A stretch of DNA of 64,000 nucleotides, taken from assembly GCA_030141605.1 (NCBI GenBank), contig JAQGDQ010000635.1, positions 1-64,000 on the forward strand, written 5' to 3'. Position 1 is the first letter of the stretch; each line of letters starts with the position of its first letter. Shown here piece after piece: positions 49,439 to 60,409 of the stretch. A program made the translations under genes and the position numbers. This DNA is from Tubiluchus corallicola. Its lineage: Eukaryota; Animalia; Priapulida. Below the pieces are notes generated by a model that saw only the letters and a list, made by a program, of their open reading frames with translations, ran no database searches and was not told the origin of the DNA.

Positions 49439-49666
49439 CTATAACTTCTCCGAATAGTAATTTTCCTTTGGAATAACAACGTTACTGTCAGTGGGAAGTT
49501 TGAAGCCAGAGCAACAAACGGATTTTTTGTCTTTGTTTCTTTCACAACACCTAACCATTTTCATAATAAACTCAACACATTCAGCCTCATTAAACTCGTG
49601 ATTATCTAGACACCTCTGTATCGCACATGCTTCTTTCTTACAAGGATCCGATAATTGCCTTGACAT
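49439..49666 (-). CDS. CMC4: Cx9C motif-containing protein 4 (p8MTCP1-like, mitochondrial intermembrane space)
   Basis: 75 aa; DPCKKEACAIQRCL...ECVEFIMKMVRCC...SVCCSGF: twin Cx9C plus the family's C-terminal CSGF. Confidence 0.9.
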   Translation of the reverse strand: MSRQLSDPCKKEACAIQRCLDNHEFNEAECVEFIMKMVRCCERNKDKKSVCCSGFKLPTDSNVVIPKENYYSEKL

Positions 49667-49932
49667 TACAAAACATCAGACTAAAAACGCGAAAACACGG
49701 CGCGAAAAACGCGAAAATAAGAAAGTAGTACGAACACGATCACATTGGTGAAGGAAGCTGACATGATGGTTTTTAAGAGTGGCGTGTGGCGTCATCTAGG
49801 CACCAAGACAGTAAATTTAAAGCATAAGTTTTATTGGGCAAGCATGATAGAAATGTTTACCTGTCTTGAGGGAGGATTTCTTCTGTTTTAGATTTCTGCC
49901 TGCCCAATGTCTACAATTGATGTAATGGGCAT

Positions 49933-50030
49933 ATGATGATGATGATGATGATGATAGGAGATGCTAAATGGTTCATTCGTTGTTGTTATGATATAGAAGT
50001 AAAAGATGGTATTATTATTATTACTATTAT

Positions 50031-50063
<33 letters not shown>

Positions 50064-50094
50064 TGTTATTATTATCATTATCACTATCATTATC

Positions 50095-50135
<41 letters not shown>
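49933..50135. repeat. (GAT)n/(ATT)n microsatellites
   Basis: Read directly from sequence. Confidence 0.9.
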
Positions 50136-51028
50136 GAAGAACGTCTTGTTGCTGAATGCAGAATTCCCGTTTGCAGATGGATGAAATGCACAAAAAACGA
50201 AAGATTACCAAAATTAATATATACAATAACATTGTATGGATTTATAACAAATTACTACAAAGTTTAAGTAACATAAAACCTAAAATAAAGTCTGTTTTGG
50301 TATATTTTCGTGAAGTGATACATAAAAGATTACAACAATTAGTATCTTTAAAAGCAAAATTTTTCATCGTTTAGAGAAAATATAATACTCATTTGACTAC
50401 CTTGACACCAAGTTTGAGCTTGGGGCTTACAGTTATTATTTATTTTTTATTTTTTTGAAAAATATCAAGTTACACTATTTAATTTTTATTAATTTGCTTT
50501 CTTAGTAGTTTATAAAAACAGCAAAGTTCTACGTAAATTTTTTAAGCTTCCCATTTTTGCGCAGGTAACAAGTTTAGTGTATTTCAGAGAACTCAGAGGG
50601 CAGCACGTCATTAAACATTAAAATTACGAAACTGGTTCTCAAGGGTTCTCAAGGTTGAATGACGCATTTTCTTTATCGAAATATTTGCATCGTTCTTTCT
50701 TGATAAATCTGTAGTTCAAATACATTCACAGTCACATTTGCAAAAAGCAGAAATAGCGAACTTTGTAATCTCGTGTGTGCAGATATTGCAGAGTCTGTAG
50801 ACCTAGTGGGCCTTGAGTACGTAGTCAGGTGTGTATATTAAAGAATTGCATGAAGGACATTGGTTTTCGCGAGAAAAATAATACTTTACAAACGCTAAAA
50901 TTTCTGTGCATGGCAGCTGTGTCACGTTATCAGTATCATCAGTTAACTTTCCAAGTGTTTAAGCCAGAAAGCTCACTTGATTGTCATTAGAATTGTTGAC
51001 TTCAGTACAGCAATCTGCCAAAACAAAG

Positions 51029-52579
51029 ATGGCGCTAATAAAATGTCGAATTTGTTTTCGCGGGTCACTGCGACCCTTGCAGTCGAGACTCTCCATTACT
51101 GGGTCACGACAGAAGGCGACTATCGCGCCCACTGTAGATGATAAACTAAACGTCACTGACCCGGTCACTGCTAAGGACTTTTCCGAAATTCCCGGAAACG
51201 TCGGAGTTTTGGGTACCTTGATATTTTTGAAAAATTTTGTAGTAAGAAGTGACAAGATTTACATGATGGGCACAGAAGCATTTGAAAAATTTGGAAGTGA
51301 TATATTTAGGAGTAAACTAGGCCGCATCAATATGGTCCTGACTAAAAACCCCGTTGACGCTAGTGTCATTTTCCGTTCTGTCGGAAAATATCCGCGAAGA
51401 TTTCCTATGGATCATATTCTGGCTTACTATGAAGTTGCTAACGAAGAAAGTTCGTTGCTGTCTCACGAAGGTGAAGATTGGGCAAGAGTCCGGAGTGCGG
51501 TCAACAAGAGGATGTTGCGACCACAGCTGGTCAGTAAAAACCACGAATTGTTCAGTGATGTTGTTTCAGACATGATGACGAGAATGAGACACGTTAGAGA
51601 CACGAAAGGAGGTGGGCTGACCATACCAAGCATCCCCAATGAAATGTACAAATGGGCCCTGGAGTCCATAGCAGCCTTTTTATTTGACAAAAGATTAGGC
51701 TGCCTAAAGGACGAAGCACCAAAAGAATCACAGGATTTCATCGACGCAATCGCATTGTTCTTCAAGGCGACCATGCAGGTCCTAGGCTTCCCATATATTC
51801 ATCGGAAACTGAATACTCCCATGTGGAAGAATTTTTCTTCTGGCTTAGACACAATATTTGCTTATGCTAGGAGTTTGAGAAGCGAACAAATAAAAAAGCT
51901 AGCCGCCAATCCTTCGAAAGTAGAGGACACGTTTCTTGGCAGTTTACTGGCCAATGAAAATATATCGCAGAAGGAAGCTTTTACCACGACAACAGAACTG
52001 CTGCTGGCTGGAGTGGACACATCATCAAACACGCTGTGTTTCACTTTGTACCTTCTTGCTGCAAATCCAGATGTTCAAAAAGAACTTCGTAACGAAATCC
52101 AATCGGTGACAAAAAGCAGACCACCGACAGAAGATCACCTCAAAAAGATGTCCTTCATGAAAGCTGTCTTTAAGGAATCTCAGCGCCTTTATCCAGTTGG
52201 CACGATGGTGGCTAGATTTCCAGAAATAGACCTAGTTCTTGGTGGCTACAAGGTACCAAGGAAGACGATCTGCGGAGTGGACATGTATGCGATGGGACGG
52301 GACGCAAAGTTGTTTCCAGATCCTGAAGAATTCAAACCATCTCGATGGCTGCGGGACGGCAAGGGAATTCCCGATCCGTTTGCTTCACTTCCGTTTGGAT
52401 TTGGCGTCAGAAGTTGCATCGGGAGGAGAATTGCCGAACTCGAAATGTACATCTTGCTGACCAGGATCGTGCAAGAGTTTGAATTGAGGATACACGGAGA
52501 TGGTAATTTGAATGTAACTCAGAGAGGCGTGTTGACACCGGGAACAGAACTGCCAATAGAGTTCTTGGATCGAAAGTAA
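51029..52579 (+). CDS. Cytochrome P450, mitochondrial clan, intronless CDS
   Basis: 516 aa from ATG 51029; Arg/Ser-rich presequence and no microsomal TM anchor; IPG, WARVR (WxxxR), AGVDTS (I helix), KAVFKESQRLYP (K helix with the basic residues typical of adrenodoxin-partnered CYPs), FKPSRW, FGFGVRSCIG heme loop. Confidence 0.93.
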   Translation: MALIKCRICFRGSLRPLQSRLSITGSRQKATIAPTVDDKLNVTDPVTAKDFSEIPGNVGVLGTLIFLKNFVVRSDKIYMMGTEAFEKFGSDIFRSKLGRINMVLTKNPVDASVIFRSVGKYPRRFPMDHILAYYEVANEESSLLSHEGEDWARVRSAVNKRMLRPQLVSKNHELFSDVVSDMMTRMRHVRDTKGGGLTIPSIPNEMYKWALESIAAFLFDKRLGCLKDEAPKESQDFIDAIALFFKATMQVLGFPYIHRKLNTPMWKNFSSGLDTIFAYARSLRSEQIKKLAANPSKVEDTFLGSLLANENISQKEAFTTTTELLLAGVDTSSNTLCFTLYLLAANPDVQKELRNEIQSVTKSRPPTEDHLKKMSFMKAVFKESQRLYPVGTMVARFPEIDLVLGGYKVPRKTICGVDMYAMGRDAKLFPDPEEFKPSRWLRDGKGIPDPFASLPFGFGVRSCIGRRIAELEMYILLTRIVQEFELRIHGDGNLNVTQRGVLTPGTELPIEFLDRK

Positions 52580-52889
52580 ATTTGTGATCATGTTGCTGAG
52601 TTTTGGTAAGATATGTAATGCAAGCATGCATGCTGTAATTTCAAATTCAATTCAGGGTCAGTTCAAATGTTAGTTTGCTTAGTGTGAATGTTATGACAAT
52701 CGCGCATAGTTCACTAATTATTGCGATGCGTTTATTTAATCCCAGAGATACTCTTTAATTTGTTCTTTCAGTTGTTAAATTATATAAGTTATATACATGT
52801 AAGATATTTTGTGCTTCATTGAATCTGCTTTTATTAATGCGTCATTAACAAAATGTTAAATAAAACTGCTGCATCCTGTAGTGTTTTCC

Positions 52890-54310
52890 TTGCTTTTGTT
52901 ATTATTTTTATTATTATTATTAAAATTATCATCATTACATTCATCATTATCGTTATCATTAACGGCAGCAGCAGCACCGCCAACACCACCACCAAGTCAC
53001 CAACGACAATGACGACGACAGCAACAACAGTGACAACAACAACAACAACAACAACATCAAAAACTACTGCCGTTGCCGCCGCCATCGCCACTGCTGCCAC
53101 CACTACCACCACCTGCAAGAGCAACAACAACAACAACATCTAACACCACCGCCACCACGACTGCTGCCGCTACTTCCACTACCACCTGCAAGAGCAACAG
53201 CAACAGCAACATCAACAACAACAACCAAAACAAATTGATAAATGCTCCAGCATTTTGCATGATTGCTGTACACAGCATGTGTGATGAATTAGACCAGCGC
53301 CGACTTTCTTCTACTGACATCTTGATCGCAAAATTATATTATGCTCCGGAGAAGTTACATCATTCTTACAGAAAATGTACAAAATAGAATCTATGTCCTA
53401 GCAGTTTACCAGTTTATCAACTAAGCTGTGGGCTAGTGCACTGAATTTTGAGGGGGTTCAATGTTGCTAGTGCTATTGTTATCGCACTATTGCTGCTGTT
53501 AGTATTGCACTACTGCTGCTCCTACTGCAATTGTCATTACACTATTGTTGCTGCTCCTAGTGCTATTGTTATTCACTACTGCTGCTGATTATACTGCTAT
53601 TGTCATTACACTATTGTTGCTGCTCCTAGTGCTATTGTCATTGCACAATTGCTGCTGCTTCTACTGCTATTGTCACTGCACTATTGCTGCTGCTCCTACT
53701 GCTATTGTCATTGCACAATTGCTGCTGCTTCTACTGCTATTGTCACTGCACTATTGCTGCTGCTTCTACTGCTAATGTTATTCACTACTGCTGTTGGTCC
53801 TACTGCTATTGTCATTGCACTATTGCTGCTGCTTCTACTGCTATTGTTATTTCACCATTGCTGCTGCTCCTAGTGCTATTGTTATTTCACTATTGCTGCT
53901 GTTAGTACTGCACTGCTGTGCGGGTGCTATTGTTGTTGAACAACTGCTGCTGATTCTACTGCTATTGTCACTGCACTATTGCTGCTGCTTCTACTGCTAA
54001 TGTTATTGCACTTCTGCTGCTGGTCCTACTGCTATTGTTATTCACTACTGCTGCTGGTCCTACTGCTATTGTCACTGCACTATTGCTGCTGCTTCTACTG
54101 CTATTGTCATTGCACTATTGCTGCCGCTTCTACTGCTATTGTCATTGCACTATTGTTGCTGCTCCTAGTGCTATTGTTATTTCACTATTGCTGCTGTTAG
54201 TATTGCACTGCTGTGCTGCTGCTATTGTTGTTGAACAACTGCTGCTGTTTTTGTCACTTTTCTACTATTACTACTGCTACTGCTATTGTTATTGCACTAC
54301 TGCTACTGGT
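52890..54310. repeat. Low-complexity and cryptic trinucleotide repeats (CAA/CAC; TGC/TAC/TAT)
   Basis: Read directly; explains the poly-L/C/T/A ORFs in the track. Confidence 0.85.
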
Positions 54311-54639
54311 ACTGCACTTTGTCATTTTTCTTCCACTGCTGGGTCTGCTGCTGCTTTACACCAGTTTTTATCAGTTTTTATACATTTTAAACAGACCAAC
54401 GTTACGTTTACTGTATGTTTTTGCTGTTATTTTATTGTATATACGTGTATATGCAATTTTTAGTATTCCCTTTATATATACAACGCAAATGTGAATGAAA
54501 TGCTTGGGGAGGTGGGGTGGTGGGGTTTGAGAGGGTCTGTACGTGTTGCGTATAGTAGTGTGTCTTATTAATACTAAAACGTTTATTTTATACCTTTATA
54601 ACTTGTTTTATATGGAAGAAATTGTGAAATAAAGGCTTT

Positions 54640-54843
<204 letters not shown>

Positions 54844-55425
54844 TATATATTTATTTATTTATATATTATTTATAAATTATTTATATATAAAGTTTTGCAT
54901 TAAACTAGCTAGAAAGTCATCCATTGCTAAATGCTTTTAAAGCTTCTGTGTTACGTGCGCCACAGTAACACAAACTTTACTACGACCCAGTTCGCGAGTA
55001 ATTGATTTCGCACGATTCAGGATCATTAGCAAATTTTGTTACATTTGAATCTTTAGCGGGTTCATTATCAGGTTAGCCATTTTATTTTTGATGTACGTGC
55101 ACTTAAACACAGGAAATCCGCTGGGATGTTTAAATGACACTGATTTTAGCTTAATTAACGGACTAATTCCACAGAGACATCACGTGTTATCTGAAATTCA
55201 GCAATAAAGCGAAGCGCCATCTATTGACGGTCAACTGAGTCTGTGATGCAGAACTTTGCTAAAAATTTCAGTTCATGGGGAATTAAGACTGAAACGTCCA
55301 GTAGCAAAGTCTGCACAATTATTACAACACTACATTATATCACAACTTCAAAAATACCGAGATGTCAAGAGATCTATTGCGTTGCGTAAAGTCGGAAATA
55401 GAGAATGAACTTCATTAAAATTTTT

Positions 55426-55560
<135 letters not shown>

Positions 55561-55944
55561 CCTTACCTAAACAATAGAAGTTTAAGTTTGTAACGGGTCA
55601 GAATGGCATAGATATTCTTAAAATTATAATCAACTTTATATACGCTGAAACTGAATTAAGTGACAGTAATGTTATTTAAATCTCATCCTCGTGCCTCTAA
55701 TATGAAAATGTCGTTAATAGACTGCTAAATAAACTATTTTTAACACTAACTTATCTGTATTTTAAACTGTTTAATCTTCCTGGTCCTACATATAAGTGCT
55801 ATGCAAGTATAATGAACTATGATCACTTCACTTAGGTAACAATAATTTCATATATAAACAACCAAATATCCTTAATGGAAATATCGGAAGTGCTGAACTA
55901 TCAGCTTAGGGCGTTGCAATGTCTCGATCTAGTATAAAGCAGAT

Positions 55945-56381
55945 TGATGTTGTTGGCATCCTTCTGTCTGGGAAGACAATGGAGAGGGCGCACGCCTGGG
56001 CAAGGTGTAAGGAGATCCTGAGTTGCCCAGACAGCAGGAACCCCCTCTCTTCCTCCCTGGTGTAGACCCGCAGATTGGCTGCACGAGCTGCCGGAGTCAG
56101 TGAGCATGCTGGACTGGTCCGCCTTCGGGGCTCCACTCCTGATTTGGAAGGTTTACTCCTCTACACACGGCCATTGGGTCACTTGACCTCCTCCGCCCTC
56201 TAGCCATTGGCTGCTTGTGCAGCTCCTCCGCCTAATGTCGAGATACCGTGTGGGCATCCCGCAAGCCTACAGCACCTGGTATTCCTAGGCGGCCATCCAT
56301 CCAAGTACTAACCAGGCTCTACGTTGCTTAACTTCGGTGATAGAAGAGAACCGATGTTTTCAACGGGATATGGCCGTAGAC
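55945..56381 (-). mobile_element. Full-length 5S rRNA-derived SINE (SINE3), ~437 bp
   Basis: 119-nt 5S head, ~320-nt GC-rich body, tail GAAGGATGCCAACAACATCA; 11-bp TSD ATAAAGCAGAT/ATAAAGCTGAT; body repeated at 21179-21648. Confidence 0.88.
56263..56381 (-). pseudogene. 5S rRNA-like head of the SINE (probably not a functional 5S gene)
   Basis: GTCTACGGCCATATC...GAAGTTAAGC...GTTAGTACTTGGATGG...GAATACCAGGTGCTGTAGGCTT; substitutions in the box C region; no oligo-T terminator after GCTT. Confidence 0.9.
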
Positions 56382-59300
56382 ATAAAGCTGATACAGGTTT
56401 TAGAAAAAGGGTGGGCCCAAAGATAAAGCACCTAGTGGTTCTGGCGGAGCGCTGTAAGCTGCATTTTAGACCATTTTCTTACTATTTCTTCAACCAAATT
56501 CAATAGTTTAAAACTCATTATGTCACCTCAAACTTTTGACTCTCAGTTACACACCAACATACTAGCATACGCCCTAGTATAGCATATAATTGAGCGCAGT
56601 GATATCTTTGCCAAAATTTCCAATTATTACCTAAAGGGCACAATGTTTTTACACTAAAATCATTAATGCAGATCTGTTTACTCGATATAAGTTATTAAAG
56701 CTACCACTAAACGTTCAAAAACATAATCCGGAGAAGATATGCACTTGGTGTGCTCTAATTGCTACTATGAAAGCGGGCCCATCCCCCTTGGGCCCACCCC
56801 CTAAACCCGCACTGACTAGAAATGAGCATCGAACTTTTCGAATCGAATCGATTCGAATTTACAATTACAGAGTCGCGTAATTCAGCACTTGAAATGCTCT
56901 TTACTATTAAAACGATTGAAACAGCAGGCAATCACCACAATTTAGCTGCAATTTTTAAACAGATTATTAGTGTTTTTCATCATCCAATGAATCATACGTC
57001 CAGGGACATGATTCTGTTCGCCTCTTCGTCCCAGGATTCCCCATTCGCTGCGATGTCCCACGTGCATTTATCTCTGAGGATCAGCGCCGAAGCGTTTAAA
57101 TCTTTCTGTGAAAAATCCGACTATGTTAAGATTAGCGTTATTACTCCAGAACAAAATCAAGCAATATGCATGATCTTTGCAAGACTGCCTTTCGAAAATG
57201 AATCGAGAATTTGTTCGAAAATCTTTAAAATTTAATTCGTTTTCGATTCGGAGTGATTCGAGTTCGAAAGTCATACATTCTAATAGGGAACGCTCCCCCC
57301 TGCTCGATACGCCCTAGAATTCAGCGTATTATGTCACGAGAGAAAGATACATGACCACGATTAATAGTATTAAGACTTGCTGCTTCTTTCTTGCACGCAT
57401 GCGTAATTGCTGCGTCACTTTGATCGGGGAGCCGTTCCGATTGGTCAGCACAAATTAACCTACATGAAGTTATTCACCTGCTGTCTGCTGATAAGCGAGG
57501 TTCATATTAAAAGGCAACTTGACCAGTGAAAAAAAGAATGCTTAAATTTGATGATCAAATTTTTATTGTACCTGTGATTTTCTGTTTTTTAAACGTGTCT
57601 ACGTTCCTGAACTTTGTGAAATGAGTTAAGAAACTTTTGTGCGCTTTCAAAGTTTGTGATGTAAAATGACTGCTGACTTTTCATGTTTTTCCGAAAATAT
57701 TACTTTTATTTTACTAGCCTGTTAAACTGAGGAAGTTAGTCAAAGTATGTGACCCATTTGTGCAGTATGTAGTGGTAAGTAGACTACATCGTTACTTCAT
57801 TAGCACTTTTCATTTAAGTTACCTAATCATATCTATATATCTACGTTATCTAGTCATATATCTACGTTATCTAGTCATATATCTACGTTATATTGTCAAA
57901 ATGCGATCATATATATATTATTGAACTGAGTAGACACGCGTAGGCCTGATATGAAGTGTTGGTTTCGCAAAATTTTTTATTGCAACGAAGTTTAATCCCT
58001 TTACCGTAGTCTCACTAAAATTATTTACCTTACTACAGTTTCCTTGTATTGCCATTTGTTTATGATTTTGTTTCCTTTTTGCTTTTGTTTCTGCCAGTTA
58101 TTATAACAACACGCACAAACCAATCTGCTTTATTTGTTTATAATGCCTTTTTATAGTGTTATTTCAGTTCGATTTTCTCATTGTATGCTTATTTCGTCCC
58201 TAAATATTCTTGTTATAACTTTATTTAAAAGGGTGGCTGATTTGCTAACCTCTAGGGTTTTTTCGTCACCTTTTCTCTAATACTAACAATTTATTTTGCT
58301 ATGTAATTGTTTTCTGCGTGTATTACAAGAGATAAATAAAATTATCTATCTATCATTGTAGTAAAATGCATCATTGTAATGAAATTGTAGTAAACTCCAT
58401 CTTAAACTATCTTAAACTATAGCACAAAACAAAAACCATATATAATAACAAAAGGGAACATACTATTTTTTCAAGAATGACTTGCGTGAAAGAATTATTA
58501 CTACAGAACGCATGAGCACAGCATTAGGCCTAAAATTTGAAGTTGAATTTTAGACCTTAAATTTGCAGAAATCACACTGAATGTCGTGGGTACCAACAGT
58601 GATACTGTACTTCAATTTTCGCTGTCGCAAACACGTGCAACATGTTATTGAAAATAACGTTAGTTTGCGACGTCATCGCTATAATTGAGCTCGCCCGCCG
58701 TTAATTAAGTTTTCAACCTAATATTTAATTATCGGCAACACTTTGGCATTGTTATAGAAGTTTAAGATGTATACTTTTCACCGTAGTTCAAAATGCTTCT
58801 GTAATGGCCACAGAAGCTTAAAGCTGATAGCTGCATAATAACTGCTATATTTAGTTTAAATTTAGTTATCATTAATTTTCCATTTTAAGCACTAATGTTG
58901 TTTTTATCATACAATTCACTTTAAATTTTCAAATTATTTCCATTACTTTTTTTCTTTCACTGTGTGGGACAATCTAACAAGCCCTGCTTTTTGATTGCCA
59001 GCGACACATTTACATTCGTACATAGGTGAACAGTGTTTGAGGCTTTTCCTGTGCAGTATTTCTTATTTGTATTATGTTCATTGTAGGCCCTTTCACTAGA
59101 TATTGTACATGAAACTATTGTAAATGTGTATGTGAAATAAATGACTTATATATATATATATATATGACTTAAAAAGTTGATTTGGTTCAGATTAGACAGT
59201 TCTTAAAACTGATACATAAATCCTCACCGTGCAAGTACATATACAATCAGAAGTGCAGAAGAAATAAAGTAATATTAATATAACTAAACACAAATAGATA

Positions 59301-59594
59301 CACATATATACATACAAATACGTATATGCATACAAATACATATAAACAAAGACATATACATAGATAGTTAGCAGATATAATATATTGAATAATATAACAA
59401 TTGAGAAATAATAATAACGGTCTTAAAATTTTCTGTCAAGATGTACAAGAGCTGCCCTCTATTTGTAGGGCAAAAACACTTAACCATACCATTTTACCTG
59501 TTCCATTTTTACCTGTACATTTTTTCCTGTACAATTTTTATCGTGTCATGTTTACCTGTGCCATAGTTACTGTTTACTGAATTTAGTACTTTAA

Positions 59595-60310
59595 TCATTT
59601 ATTATCTCTGCACCCCCGTTGTGTTTTTTCGGCTTTTTTGGGAAACGTTGTGTATATTTTTTTTTCGTTTTTTCCGCAGATGTTATTAAAAAGTGTGTAG
59701 ATGTGATTTTCATTGAAGTAATAAGCTGTGTACGTCTCTTGGGCAACTGCCAGTCTTCTCTTTCCAAGGTTTCTAGTCCACTTGTCTAATAGTAAATCCT
59801 TTGCGCCTGGAATGTACGGGTGAAATGAGGAGTCCTTCAATTTCTCTTATGACCATTCTAGTCCATACGTGTGGCAGAGAAGCTAAGCCCCATGGTCCGA
59901 CAAGTGGATTTAGGTAAACTGCGTCATTAGATTTTGGACTTTTTTATTTGTTTACGACCTCTGTCCATTCTTCCAACATTTCCTCCGTCCATGAGTGCTA
60001 CAGCACCGATTTCCGGGTCATCCTTGTAGAAGAGAAGGACGACTTTTATCCACCTGTAGTAAAACCAAGACGGCGCTTGATCATCTTCGAATATAATAGC
60101 ATAAAATCCGGGTTTTTCTGACTGTATCCAACACGTAAACCACTGAATATGAATCCCTTTATTGTGGTCATTAACTACCACTTCCTTTTTACCATAAGGC
60201 CACTTTAATGACTTAGCAATAGAAACGACATTTCCTCTTTCATGTTAATGCGAATCTTTAACTGTACCACATTATCGAAAAAATTGACTTTGATGCCAAA
60301 TAGCTTTAAA
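59595..60310 (-). pseudogene. Decayed GT-A fold glycosyltransferase-like gene
   Basis: Successive frames read VVQLKIRIN / WPYGKKEVVV..GIHIQWFTCW..AIIFEDD..SWFYYRWIK / FHPYIPG, joined by a frameshift (~60240) and stops (~59850-59930). Confidence 0.65.
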
Positions 60311-60326
60311 GAGAGAGAGAGCCTCA

Positions 60327-60408
<82 letters not shown>
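60327..60408. repeat. (TCTA)n(TA)n microsatellite
   Basis: Read directly from sequence. Confidence 0.95.

Positions 60409-60409
<1 letters not shown>

Noticed and set aside
49348-49545. Fourth small ORF between CMC4 and PSMG4
   Set aside because: Non-ATG start, overlaps CMC4 out of frame, no recognisable motif.
50981-51028. P450 start at 50981
   Set aside because: TTG start from the ORF caller; ATG 51029 has good context (AAGATGG) and begins a plausible mitochondrial presequence.
56263-56381. Functional 5S rRNA gene
   Set aside because: No oligo-T terminator, substitutions around box C, and it is fused to a repeated body inside a TSD, so it is best read as a SINE head.
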